Below, in pieces: positions 38,843 to 48,853 of a DNA stretch of 64,000 bases. Positions within the stretch are counted from its first letter, which is position 1. Each line of letters begins with the position of its first letter. Source of the stretch: Candidatus Heimdallarchaeum endolithica (GTDB lineage Archaea; Asgardarchaeota; Heimdallarchaeia; Heimdallarchaeales; Heimdallarchaeaceae); NCBI GenBank assembly GCA_021513715.1, contig CP084167.1, positions 2,464,001-2,528,000 of the forward strand, given 5' to 3'. The notes below the pieces were generated by a model, which was not told the origin of the DNA, made no database searches, and saw nothing but the letters and a program-made list of their open reading frames with translations. The translations under genes were made by a program, and so were the position numbers.

Positions 38843-40162
38843 GTGAAATTTATGAGAAAACAATTTTCTACCTTAAGTTTAAAATTTCGTGATTACTTTT
38901 TAGATAGAAGAAAACTTTCTCCTGTTTTGCTTGGTGTAGTTGGTGTTTTCTCTTTATCTATTTTTGGTAGTTATGTTGGTTTACATTTGAAAGACATAGG
39001 AACAACGCAAATTGTAATCGGTGTTATATTAGCTATGAGGAATATTTACCAGTTGTTTCTTCGTGTTCCTCTCTCTGATTTCTCCCAAAAGGTGGGTCGA
39101 AAACCTTTACTTTTTTCTGGATTATTTTGTTATTCACTTGCCTTATTTACACTTTTTCTAGCTAATCATTGGATATTGGTTTTTGTAGCTACAACTTTAA
39201 TAGCTTTAGGAATGAGCAGTTTTTGGCCTGCTTTGATTTCTTATATTGCTGATGTGGAAAAAGATGATGTAGGAAAATTGCAAGGAAAAACTTTTCAAGG
39301 AACAGATCTGGGTTCTATTTTAGGTTCCTTAGTAGCCTATCTTTTAATAAAATTGCTCAAACTCCCTCTACAAAATCTATTTGGTATAACAGCTTTGGCA
39401 TCATTTATTGCAGGAATATTTCTCTTCTTTTATGTCCCTGAATCGTTAGATGTTACTATTCGTGGTGACACACAATCAAAAATAAGAGGATTATTCGTTT
39501 CTTTTAAATCCATGTTCTCCTCTCTGGCTATTGTTTCAAAGCAAAAAAACTTAATGATTGTCTATTTCTATCAAATTGTATTAGCATTCTTGGAATATTT
39601 TATGACTGCGTTCTTCCCTTTTTTAATTACTACAAGTGTGGAATTAGGAGGAAAAGGAATGCCCTATGAAACAGTAGCCTTAATCATGTGGATAAACTCT
39701 GGAGTATTAATATTTTTCAAACCTCTGTTTGGACGAGTAATAGATAAATTCGGCTTCAAACTTCCAATAACAATAACTCTTTCAATTTGTGCTCTTACCA
39801 TATGGTCATTAGTTATTGTCAATTCTCTCTTTGTTATCGTGATGATTTATCTTATTTACAGTGCTGCAACATTAACAAGCTATATAGCTACAAATTCAGA
39901 AACAACAAGAAGAGCAAAAGTTGCTCAGAGAGGTTTAGCTGTTGGAGCGCTAGGATTTTATTTATCAGCTGGGAGATCATTGTCTACTCTTGTATTAAGT
40001 CCTGTTTGGAGAAATCTAGGCATTATTCCACTCTTTAAAATAGCAGCCTGTGTTGTGGCAATATTTATCGTAATTTTATTCATCTTAACTTGGGTAGTAA
40101 ATCCTACAAAAAAAAGTGCAGGAATCAACAAAAAAACACTTGTTGATGAACCTAAAACCTAA
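38843..40162 (+). CDS. MFS transporter
   Basis: About 12 TM segments; motif A-like SDFSQKVGRK and GRVIDKFG. Confidence 0.9.
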   Translation: MKFMRKQFSTLSLKFRDYFLDRRKLSPVLLGVVGVFSLSIFGSYVGLHLKDIGTTQIVIGVILAMRNIYQLFLRVPLSDFSQKVGRKPLLFSGLFCYSLALFTLFLANHWILVFVATTLIALGMSSFWPALISYIADVEKDDVGKLQGKTFQGTDLGSILGSLVAYLLIKLLKLPLQNLFGITALASFIAGIFLFFYVPESLDVTIRGDTQSKIRGLFVSFKSMFSSLAIVSKQKNLMIVYFYQIVLAFLEYFMTAFFPFLITTSVELGGKGMPYETVALIMWINSGVLIFFKPLFGRVIDKFGFKLPITITLSICALTIWSLVIVNSLFVIVMIYLIYSAATLTSYIATNSETTRRAKVAQRGLAVGALGFYLSAGRSLSTLVLSPVWRNLGIIPLFKIAACVVAIFIVILFILTWVVNPTKKSAGINKKTLVDEPKT

Positions 40163-40262
40163 AAATAAAATACGTTTTTTATTAATTATTTTATTGAAAC
40201 TTTATAGATTCAAGAAGAAAACTATTTAAATTTTCTAGGAGAAAAGAATTGGTAGGCTAATA

Positions 40263-40670
40263 ATGTTGGAAAAAGTTCACGATCATATTATTGAAGAATT
40301 AAAAGTAAATACAACTACTGATAGAATTTTTATTTTGACAGCTTTGTTACTGAATCTAATCACTCTTGGTGTTAATACAGGGTTAGCATATTCAGAATCA
40401 ACAGCAGGATACATAAGTTTTTCACTCTTCTTAGTGCTAGCAGGAATAATAAATTGGGTCGTTGTTGTAGGCTTAACAAAAGGAAAGCAAAATAGGGAAA
40501 AATTGATACTTGGTTTAGTTAAGATGTATAAAGATCAAGGTATGGATAAATATTATGACACAAGTGTTTTAGAATCCTATAGAACAAGGTACAAACTCTT
40601 TACTGTGGTTGTTGTGGCAACTGGAGTTTTAGCTTTTCTAATTCCATTGGTTGTAATGTTATTAGACTAA
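40263..40670 (+). CDS. Small membrane protein (3 TM)
   Basis: Hydrophobic segments, clean ORF. Confidence 0.75.
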   Translation: MLEKVHDHIIEELKVNTTTDRIFILTALLLNLITLGVNTGLAYSESTAGYISFSLFLVLAGIINWVVVVGLTKGKQNREKLILGLVKMYKDQGMDKYYDTSVLESYRTRYKLFTVVVVATGVLAFLIPLVVMLLD

Positions 40671-40971
40671 TTATACAAAATTCGATATGATTCATTATTT
40701 GCTATTATCTGAATTTCCTAATAAAATTTCAATTTTTAACTAAATCTGCAATTTTCTAAAAGGCTATTCTCCCCGATTTTTTTCACGATTTTTTTGCTCT
40801 TCCAAGAAGGATGCCCTAACAATAAGATAACCTTAACGCATCATTCTTCCTTTTTCAAAGTCTTTTTTTTATATCTGCTCTTGAGAATAGTTTTTTATAG
40901 AATAAAAAAGAAAATAAAATAGCAACATTGTGTATGAATCTTCTCGGGTGTGAAAAATTTCTGTCAAAGAT

Positions 40972-41970
40972 GTGCAAGGTAAAGTTAATACTTATAAGGA
41001 TAACATATATGGCTTTTTCCTTGGGAATGAAGACGGTATTATCTTTAAGCATAGAATTTTCAACAAACAACTATGTCCTGAATCAGTGTTAGAAAATGTC
41101 GTAAGCTCTGTTTGTTCGTTTCTACGAGAAACAGACATTTCTGACCGAGGAGCAATCACTTTATCAAATTCTCTTATCTCTTTTATTAGGATTAAAGATG
41201 TGACTTATGTTATAAGTCATGGGATATCAGAAGTAGAAGAAGTATATGACATTCTAAATGGAATTGCAAAAATCTTTGAAGATCGATCTAAACGCCGTTT
41301 TCACAGCGGTGGTGAAAATCTGTTATTTTCTGGAGCTTCTGCCTCTTTTTCTGAAGTGGTGGAGGAAGTTTTTAGAGAGATAATAATAGCTCAACAAAGG
41401 AAAACTATGTATGAGGAAACAGTGGAAACAGATGCAGAAGAAATCATTCTCTCTGATCTTGAGATTGTTGACTTTCCTATTTCTATCTCAGGAGAATCAA
41501 TGGATAATCAAATTTCAAATCAGAAAGAGAAAGAAAAAATTAGTGAAGAAAAGGAAGAAAAAGCAAAACCTGTCAGTAAAGAAGACCATCTGAGATCTAT
41601 TTCATATAATATTTTGAACTCTCTATCAGGGATTAAGCATCTTGTTTTTATTGAGCATACCGATAACGAAGCTAAAATGTTTTTTGAATACGGTGAGATT
41701 GAAGAAAAAATAGTTCAACAAACTGTAACCATATGTGAAAAATTTCTTGATGAGATAATTGAACTTATGGCTGACAAAGAAGAGAAAAGTGCAATAGAAG
41801 TTAGTAAAAAATATCAAATTATCTTTGTTCCATTAAATGAAACTAATTTTATGTATGCTATAGCTACAAAAAGTATTGATCCTATAATTATGGAACCAGT
41901 TTTTGAAAGAATAGCAAAACGTATAGTTAAGCTTGTTCTTGACTATAAAAAAGAGAAAAGCGAAAATTAA
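40972..41970 (+). CDS. Two-domain longin/roadblock-like protein
   Basis: N-terminal FFLGNEDGIIF..SSVCSF..VTYVIS..LNGIAKIF (longin-like), acidic linker, C-terminal roadblock-like alpha/beta pattern. Confidence 0.5.
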   Translation: MQGKVNTYKDNIYGFFLGNEDGIIFKHRIFNKQLCPESVLENVVSSVCSFLRETDISDRGAITLSNSLISFIRIKDVTYVISHGISEVEEVYDILNGIAKIFEDRSKRRFHSGGENLLFSGASASFSEVVEEVFREIIIAQQRKTMYEETVETDAEEIILSDLEIVDFPISISGESMDNQISNQKEKEKISEEKEEKAKPVSKEDHLRSISYNILNSLSGIKHLVFIEHTDNEAKMFFEYGEIEEKIVQQTVTICEKFLDEIIELMADKEEKSAIEVSKKYQIIFVPLNETNFMYAIATKSIDPIIMEPVFERIAKRIVKLVLDYKKEKSEN

Positions 41971-41971
41971 T

Positions 41972-42613
41972 TTAAGTGTTGAATGCTCTGTCTCCTGCGT
42001 CTCCTAATCCTGGAATAATGTAGCCTTTTTCATTTAATTCTTTGTCAATAGCTCCTGTGAGAATAATAGTTTCAGGATGTTTCTCCAATATTCTTTTTAT
42101 TCCATATTCTGAAGCAATGGCGCTTAAAACAACTATTCTCTTCGGTTTTTGCTGGTAAAGATGATCCAAAATAAATAACATCGTTGATCCGCTTGCTAAC
42201 ATGGGGTCAACAATAATAGCTACGTTTGATTTATCCAAATAAGGTATGTTTATGTAAGGGACATCTATCCTAAAATCTTTTCCGCCTTCTTTAAGCATTT
42301 TTCCTCTTGATGCAGAAACAACGCCCATTGAGGCCCTAGAAAACTGATTGATTACTCCCTCTGCCATTGGAAGTGCTGCTCGAAGAATAGCGACTACAAC
42401 AATATTATCTCTAATCATTCTTACTTCAGCAGTACCTAATGGTGTTTCTACTTTCTCTTCTATCCAGTCAAAATATCTTACTGCTTCATAAGCTAAATAA
42501 GTACCCAGTTTTTGAAGATTAAATCTGAATTCTGCTGGTTCTGTTTCTTTATTGCGCAAGGTACCAACAACTTGAGAAACAAGTAAGTTTTCGCTGCTTA
42601 TATTTTTATACAT
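41972..42613 (-). CDS. upp: Uracil phosphoribosyltransferase
   Basis: ILRAALPM, VDPMLASGST, GYIIPGLGDAGDRAF. Confidence 0.96.
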   Translation of the reverse strand: MYKNISSENLLVSQVVGTLRNKETEPAEFRFNLQKLGTYLAYEAVRYFDWIEEKVETPLGTAEVRMIRDNIVVVAILRAALPMAEGVINQFSRASMGVVSASRGKMLKEGGKDFRIDVPYINIPYLDKSNVAIIVDPMLASGSTMLFILDHLYQQKPKRIVVLSAIASEYGIKRILEKHPETIILTGAIDKELNEKGYIIPGLGDAGDRAFNT

Positions 42614-42764
42614 TTCAAGAGGGGTTTAAATTTTATAGAAAAAAAGATTTCTGAAGATGTAATTTTCTTATAGAAGTTATCTCACAAAAAAGAACTATCT
42701 TTATTCAAAAAGTAAATTAAGAATAGTGACTATTGTTACTTATTAGATTTACAAGTTGTTAAAC

Positions 42765-43445
42765 ATGCGTTCAGAGCTAGATGAGAAATATAAAAAAAAT
42801 TTAATCAAAAGAATAGGGGCTTTACATGGTATAGAGATAACAGAGAGAATGATTCAATCTTTTGTTAATGTCCCACGAGAAGAATTTGTTCTTGAAAGAG
42901 ATAGAAATTCAGCTTATATAGACTCTCCAAGACCTATTCTCGCAGGACAAACAATTTCAGCTATACACATGGTAGTTATGTATATTTCTCCTTCACTTGC
43001 TAATCCAAAGGAAGGAGATATTGTTCTTGAGGTTGGTGCAGGAAGTGGATACAATGCTGCACTTTTCGCAGAAATGGTAGCTCCAAGAGGTTCTACTAAT
43101 CCTGGACATGTATATGCACTCGAAATCATTCCTGATTTAGTAGATTTTGCGAGAGAAAATATTGAAAGAACAGGATATTCTGATAGAGTTACAATAGTTC
43201 ACGCAGATGGAGGGATAGGTTACCCTGAAAAAGCTCCTTTTGATATAATTTCTGTTGCTGCTGCTTCCAAAGAAGTTCCAAAACCGTTAAAAGAACAACT
43301 CAAAGTAGGCGGAAGGATGATCATTCCTGTTGGGACTACATTTTTTCAAGAACTAATATTAATAAAAAAAGAAAAAGGTGAAAAATTTTCACAGAGAAAT
43401 ATTTGTGGTGTTAGGTTTGTCCCTTTAACAGGAAAATTTGGGTAA
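42765..43445 (+). CDS. pcm: Protein-L-isoaspartate O-methyltransferase
   Basis: VPREEF, GQTISAIHM, VLEVGAGSGY, APFDII, VRFVPL. Confidence 0.95.
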   Translation: MRSELDEKYKKNLIKRIGALHGIEITERMIQSFVNVPREEFVLERDRNSAYIDSPRPILAGQTISAIHMVVMYISPSLANPKEGDIVLEVGAGSGYNAALFAEMVAPRGSTNPGHVYALEIIPDLVDFARENIERTGYSDRVTIVHADGGIGYPEKAPFDIISVAAASKEVPKPLKEQLKVGGRMIIPVGTTFFQELILIKKEKGEKFSQRNICGVRFVPLTGKFG

Positions 43446-43481
43446 AAAGATAATATAACAAAGTAATTTCATTCTCCTATT

Positions 43482-44516
43482 TTAGCTAAAAAAAGAGTCT
43501 AATCTTCTTTGTTGGAGAATGGACCTTTGTTCTTCTTTTGTTTTTGATAAAACATTTCTAACTCTTGCTTCATCGAAACCTCTTTGCTCGCACAAGAATT
43601 CAACTATCCCTTCAATATCTATTTCTCCAAAACTGAGGTTATAGTCTTCTGTGATTACTGGTTTTCTGAAAACCTCACGTATCTCTTCATAATCTGCTTC
43701 TAATTTAATATTGACATTTTCTAGTACTTTTTCTATGGAACCGTACTGTTGAATATATTTGTAAGCTGTTTTTGGTCCTACTCCTTTTACTCCATCAGGA
43801 TTAAAGTCAGTTCCAATTAAAATAGCCATATCAATAAGCTGGTCTGGAGTTAAGTTTAGTTCTTTTAACAAGTTTTCTCTACGATATATCTCGACATTCA
43901 CAGTAATATACCTATTAGTTCTAGGAAGTTTTCTTCTACCTGATAGAGTTAAATTTCTAATCAGGATTGGAGCTCCAAATAATAAGCTATCAAAATCTTG
44001 TGAGGCTACACCCCATACTTTCCTATTCTGAGCTAGATAAGCAGCTTGAGCTTCTCCTTCTTGTGGAGCTTCGATATAAGGGATACCCATTAATTTAAGC
44101 AAATGTTTTGCGTCTTTTAACATATCTTCAGTAAGTGAAACAGTTCTTTGTGCAACAGTGCGAACACGTTCCATGTCTCCTCTTTCTCTTGCTTCTTCCA
44201 GTTCTTTTCTGGCTTTTTCTTTTAGCTTGACTCTTCTTCTTATTTCCTCTTTTTTAAGTTCTGAAGGTTTTCCATCAAAAACGTAAACCAATTTTATGCC
44301 ATGTTGTAATAATCTAGCGTTACGGTAGAGGAGACCTGATAGATGACTTGTGACCATGCCATCTATATTTTTTAATAGAGAACCATCCATTCCTCTGATA
44401 GAAGCTAAAAATTGGTAAAGAATATTATAAGCGTCTATAGCTAAACGCTTTCTGCTTAAATCAGAAAGCTCAATAGGTTCTCCTTTAATAAGATCTGAAA
44501 TTTTCTTTACTCCCAT
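43482..44516 (-). CDS. fen: Flap endonuclease 1
   Basis: IDAYNILYQFL, VFDGKP, EGEAQAA, SQDFDSLLFGAP, C-terminal PIP box QRRLDSFF. Confidence 0.97.
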   Translation of the reverse strand: MGVKKISDLIKGEPIELSDLSRKRLAIDAYNILYQFLASIRGMDGSLLKNIDGMVTSHLSGLLYRNARLLQHGIKLVYVFDGKPSELKKEEIRRRVKLKEKARKELEEARERGDMERVRTVAQRTVSLTEDMLKDAKHLLKLMGIPYIEAPQEGEAQAAYLAQNRKVWGVASQDFDSLLFGAPILIRNLTLSGRRKLPRTNRYITVNVEIYRRENLLKELNLTPDQLIDMAILIGTDFNPDGVKGVGPKTAYKYIQQYGSIEKVLENVNIKLEADYEEIREVFRKPVITEDYNLSFGEIDIEGIVEFLCEQRGFDEARVRNVLSKTKEEQRSILQQRRLDSFFS

Positions 44517-44640
44517 TCAAAACACCATTGCTTGTGTAATTTATACATTTCACTATTTAAAGTTAATTTAAATAAAAATTGAGAATAAATGGTCTGAACA
44601 GACAAGAATTAAATAAGAAAAGAAAAAAGTTAAACCGCCA

Positions 44641-45882
44641 ATGACTATAAATAGTGAATATATGTTCTTTAAACTTGGGAGAAATAAAGAATTGGCTAAA
44701 GCTGAAATCTCCACAATTTTTGAAAAAGCAGGAATTAATAGAAAAATTAATTATTTTCAGTGGAAAGAATTTCTCTTTGTTAATATAGAAAAAAAAGAAG
44801 AGCAGAATATTCTTAGGAAAATTAGGGAAACAGGGAGTGTAGTAAAAGTTGGTTGTTGTTTTGCAAAGTGTGGTTCAGAAACTGAAGTTAGAGAAATAAT
44901 TCCAGATAAAATTAATCAAATAATAAATAAATTTTCTGGGAAAAAAGAAAAAATAAAATTCTCAATTAATCTCCAAATAGAACAGTTAAAACAAAAGACT
45001 ATTTCTGAAATAGTAAGAAAAGAGATTCTAAAAATTGCTAAAGATAGAAGAGTAGAAGTAAAGATAATTCCTAAAAAGGGATATTCAATAGAACTAAGTC
45101 CCTATCAGTATCACAAAGAAAATATGCCTAAAAGAGGAGTAGAATTAGTTATTTTTGGAATAAAATCAAAAATATATCTTGGAGAAACAAAATGGGTAAC
45201 AAACCCATTTTTCGATATAAAACTTGATGAAGGAAGACCAGAAAGATTGTTTACACATGGGACTTCAATAAAGATTGCCCGCTCACTTATTAATCTAACT
45301 AATACAAAAAATGATGGTAAAATAGTTGATCCTTTCTCAGGAACAGGAACTCTGTTAATTGTAGGTTTATTACAAAGTTATGATGTAATAGGGTTTGAAA
45401 AAGACCCAAAATGTGTGAGGGTAGCTAAGACAAATATACGTTGGGCAATTGATAAATATAATATTAAAAAAGATTGGAAAATATACAAGAATGATGCTAG
45501 AGATATGCATAAAATAATCAATGAAAAAGTTGATGCAATTGTAACAGAACCATATTTAGGACCATTTCTAAAAAACCTTCCTGATTTAGAAGAAGGAAAA
45601 GATATAATCCATGAACTTGAAAAGTTATATGCTAAAGTTTTATATTCGTGTAGTCAAATCTTGAAAGATGATTCTAGAGTAGTCATAATCTTTCCTTTTT
45701 ATGAATATCCAGATAAAACTAAACTTTCAATTAATTTAGAACGTGTAATAAATGGTTTATCGTTAGAACTAGTAGAAAAGACTCTTCACTTTAATGTTAA
45801 TTTTCCTATCAGCATCGGAAGAGAACATAATATTATCTCAAGACAAATTGTTATACTAAAGAAAAATAGTATGAAACAATAA
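44641..45882 (+). CDS. Trm11/TrmG10-like SAM-dependent RNA methyltransferase
   Basis: IARSLINL, VDPFSGTGT, DAIVTEPYLGP. Confidence 0.8.
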   Translation: MTINSEYMFFKLGRNKELAKAEISTIFEKAGINRKINYFQWKEFLFVNIEKKEEQNILRKIRETGSVVKVGCCFAKCGSETEVREIIPDKINQIINKFSGKKEKIKFSINLQIEQLKQKTISEIVRKEILKIAKDRRVEVKIIPKKGYSIELSPYQYHKENMPKRGVELVIFGIKSKIYLGETKWVTNPFFDIKLDEGRPERLFTHGTSIKIARSLINLTNTKNDGKIVDPFSGTGTLLIVGLLQSYDVIGFEKDPKCVRVAKTNIRWAIDKYNIKKDWKIYKNDARDMHKIINEKVDAIVTEPYLGPFLKNLPDLEEGKDIIHELEKLYAKVLYSCSQILKDDSRVVIIFPFYEYPDKTKLSINLERVINGLSLELVEKTLHFNVNFPISIGREHNIISRQIVILKKNSMKQ

Positions 45883-45915
45883 TCTTTCAATCTTTGTTTA
45901 ATTTACTAATCTTAT

Positions 45916-46179
45916 TTAATCTTCGCCAACCGCAAGAAAACTCATATCTTTTGTTAGTTTTTGGATACGTCTTTTAGTTTTAGAAATCCATGAGACATGA
46001 ATTAATCCATTAGTTTCCAAAGAAAGTAGAGCTTTGTTTAATTCAGTTTCGGAATAATCGCCATAAAGTTCTCTAAGTGGATTTTCTAGCTCATTCTCAA
46101 TAATTACTCCGCCACGTTTTTCTAAAATTGCAAGAATACAAGATTTTAATGGCGTAACTCTCCATGCTGCAGAGGTCAT
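45916..46179 (-). CDS. Small winged-helix protein
   Basis: ELNKALLSLETNGLIHV wHTH pattern; GGTGA Shine-Dalgarno-like site. Confidence 0.7.
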   Translation of the reverse strand: MTSAAWRVTPLKSCILAILEKRGGVIIENELENPLRELYGDYSETELNKALLSLETNGLIHVSWISKTKRRIQKLTKDMSFLAVGED

Positions 46180-46327
46180 CGTAGAATCACCTAAAATAAA
46201 GATGTAGTAAGCTTTTTAGAATGTTTTGTTCCACAAGAAAAAGAGTCGAACTTTTAAATCTAAGAGACAAAATAAATTAGAAAGACAAAATTTTTAATAT
46301 ATACTTTTTTTCAAGTTTTTAGTTATT

Positions 46328-46507
46328 ATGAACACACGAAATCGTATATATGTGATTATTACTTTATCGATAGCAATATTATTCTTAATCATTGCAATTG
46401 TTCAATCACAAATTGACAGTTTTAGCGCAATAACGAAGATGACTGAAGAAGAAGTAAAAAATTTCTTGTCGGGATACTTAGCAGGTTTCCCAAAACCATG
46501 GGAATAA
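46328..46507 (+). CDS. Small single-TM protein (59 aa, not in the ORF track)
   Basis: MNTRNRIYVIITLSIAILFLIIAIVQSQ...GFPKPWE; ends 15 nt before the Fe-S membrane protein. Confidence 0.65.
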   Translation: MNTRNRIYVIITLSIAILFLIIAIVQSQIDSFSAITKMTEEEVKNFLSGYLAGFPKPWE

Positions 46508-46522
46508 AGTGAGAGGATTGAA

Positions 46523-47449
46523 ATGACAAAGAACAAAGAAAAAAACATAACACTATCTTTACGTCCGATAACTAATCATAAAATTAGGATAGTTAGAATC
46601 ATTACACAATTAGTAATATTTAGCTTATTAAACGGGTTAATATTTGGGCTAGCTAGAGTAAGTTTAATTTTACCTATTGAATACCCTACAGGAGGACCAT
46701 TTTCTACAGTATGGAGCGGTTTTGAAGCGTTACAGTACGGGTTAACAATCTTTACCTTCCCCTATCTTGTAATAGCTATCTTTGGATTATTTGGAGCTGT
46801 GGCTGGAAAAACAACTTGTGGATGGGCTTGCCCAATGGGGTTGTTCCAAGATCTGTTTAGTTACATCCCAATAAAAAAGAAAAAAGTTTCTAAACCAACA
46901 GAAAAGTCACTAAGAAGTTTCGCAGTGTTCATCATTATATTTGCTTTAGTATTCTCTTTAGTTATAGGAATATCTTATAATAAAAACGGAGCTGCAGCAA
47001 AAGATGCTTATGGAATATGGGGAAATATCCCTTATAGTGTATTAGATCCTGTGGCAACAATTTTCGCAACTTTATTTTACTATTTAAAATGGGGAATTCA
47101 AGCTGAAACACTTGGAGCTGAAATGGGTGATTGGAAATTCTGGTTCATTGCAAGAATAATATTTTTAGCTATAATATTAATCCTCATAACTCTATATCCA
47201 AGAGCTTATTGTAGATGGTTCTGCCCAACAGGATACATATTAGGCTTTTTCAACCGTTTTAGTCTATTCGGCTTAAAAATAAATAAAAATAGATGCCCAA
47301 CTGGTTGTAATAAATGTGAAAAAGCTTGTCCAGTGCAAGTACCTATACTAGATTATGATAAAAATATAACACACCCTAATTGTACAAATTGTGGAGAATG
47401 TATAGATGCTTGTCCTGAAGGAGCTCTAAAAATAGGTTTCAGATTCTGA
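46523..47449 (+). CDS. NapH/MauN-like membrane 4Fe-4S protein
   Basis: CGWACPMG, YCRWFCPTG, two ferredoxin Cys clusters and TM helices. Confidence 0.9.
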   Translation: MTKNKEKNITLSLRPITNHKIRIVRIITQLVIFSLLNGLIFGLARVSLILPIEYPTGGPFSTVWSGFEALQYGLTIFTFPYLVIAIFGLFGAVAGKTTCGWACPMGLFQDLFSYIPIKKKKVSKPTEKSLRSFAVFIIIFALVFSLVIGISYNKNGAAAKDAYGIWGNIPYSVLDPVATIFATLFYYLKWGIQAETLGAEMGDWKFWFIARIIFLAIILILITLYPRAYCRWFCPTGYILGFFNRFSLFGLKINKNRCPTGCNKCEKACPVQVPILDYDKNITHPNCTNCGECIDACPEGALKIGFRF

Positions 47450-47497
47450 TATCTAAACTTATTTCATAGAAATTTTTTTTCTCTTTTCTCTTCTGTA

Positions 47498-48751
47498 TTA
47501 ACTTTTAAATTGTAAAGAATGATGGTATGCTTCTTTTTCTGTTTCTTGAAGAATAGAGCTATAACCTTTTTCTAAATAATCCTGAATAATCGAAAGAACT
47601 GATTTTGATATGGGAAGTTTAACACTGTTATTACTTTCAAGTATTTCTTCTACACTCACTTTAAGAGCCTCAATATAAAGAGCAGCAGAATAAAGTTCTT
47701 TGATAAAGGTAAAATTCTTATGCATAATGAATCCTTTTAGATGAGATATTTTCAGTAGAATCTCTGATAAAATTAAATTAACTTTATTTGTCTTCTCTGG
47801 AATATATCGGATTGGAGAATAACCAAGTTTCATCTCATAATTATATCGAAAAGCTTTAACTCGGGGAAGAACTAACCCTAATCTTTTGAATACTTTTTTG
47901 TCGAAATTTCCATATTTGTCATTGTTTCCGTAAAGCTCTAGATATTTGGCTACTAAATGAGGATAGTGTTTTCTAAGGGTGTCAATAAATTCGTTTTTAT
48001 TTCTCCCTGGCTTAAGAGTGAGACCCCACGTGATAACATATTCCGCGTTGACCTTTTTTGCACTACGAAAAATATTTTTGATGTTTTCTGTTGTATCTCC
48101 AATAAATGGTAAACAAGGATAGAAATAAACGCCAGAATGTATTCCTTCTTTACGTAACTGAGATATAGCTTGAAAACGATCCTCTGAAGAACTAGCCCGA
48201 GGTTCGAAAATCTTGCGAACTGAATCATCCGCGAGAGTGATAGTGAAATTAACACTAGCATAAGTCTGTTCATTAATAGCTTTAAGTAAGTCAAGATCAC
48301 GAAGAACGAGAGTGCTTTTTGTGAGAATGAAGACTGGTAATTCATAATCACATATGATTTGGAGAAGTTTACGAGTAAGTTGAAGTTCTTTTTCTGCTGG
48401 TTGATAAACATCGCAAACTCCTCCACCCACAAAAATAACGAATTTAGAAGGAGAAGGCATTTGAATTCGCTCAACTGTAGCATCTAAATAGTTGAGTAAT
48501 GAGTGAGATGAATTAGAAGAAAAAAATCCTCTTTTTTTGAGATATTTCTCCAAGAGCTCTGGAGCATTAACCTTAACTTTGATTCGATTAGCAAAATCTT
48601 CATGCATATAATAGGATTCAGCTTTACCGTCACAATATTTGCAATCGTGCCAACAACCCTGATAGGGATTAAGGTAAACTTTAGCCCAAGAGAAAAAAGA
48701 AGGTGTTACTTCTTTGATCAACGATTTAGCACGAATACGTTCAATGATCAT
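47498..48751 (-). CDS. Radical SAM protein, SplB/Rv2578c-like
   Basis: LNPYQGCWHDCKYC, DVYQPAE, ILTKSTLVLRDLDLL, FEPRAS. Confidence 0.88.
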   Translation of the reverse strand: MIIERIRAKSLIKEVTPSFFSWAKVYLNPYQGCWHDCKYCDGKAESYYMHEDFANRIKVKVNAPELLEKYLKKRGFFSSNSSHSLLNYLDATVERIQMPSPSKFVIFVGGGVCDVYQPAEKELQLTRKLLQIICDYELPVFILTKSTLVLRDLDLLKAINEQTYASVNFTITLADDSVRKIFEPRASSSEDRFQAISQLRKEGIHSGVYFYPCLPFIGDTTENIKNIFRSAKKVNAEYVITWGLTLKPGRNKNEFIDTLRKHYPHLVAKYLELYGNNDKYGNFDKKVFKRLGLVLPRVKAFRYNYEMKLGYSPIRYIPEKTNKVNLILSEILLKISHLKGFIMHKNFTFIKELYSAALYIEALKVSVEEILESNNSVKLPISKSVLSIIQDYLEKGYSSILQETEKEAYHHSLQFKS

Positions 48752-48853
48752 TGTTTTCCCAATTAATCAAATAGAGTTTTTTTTTATTTATAAAGATAGT
48801 TAGGTTGATAGATTATCTCCTTTAGATGAAAAAAAAGACATAGAATTAAAATA

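Noticed and set aside
47953-48483. 176-aa alternative-frame ORF inside the radical SAM gene
   Set aside because: No motifs; stop-codon depletion is explained by the local pyrimidine-rich bias.
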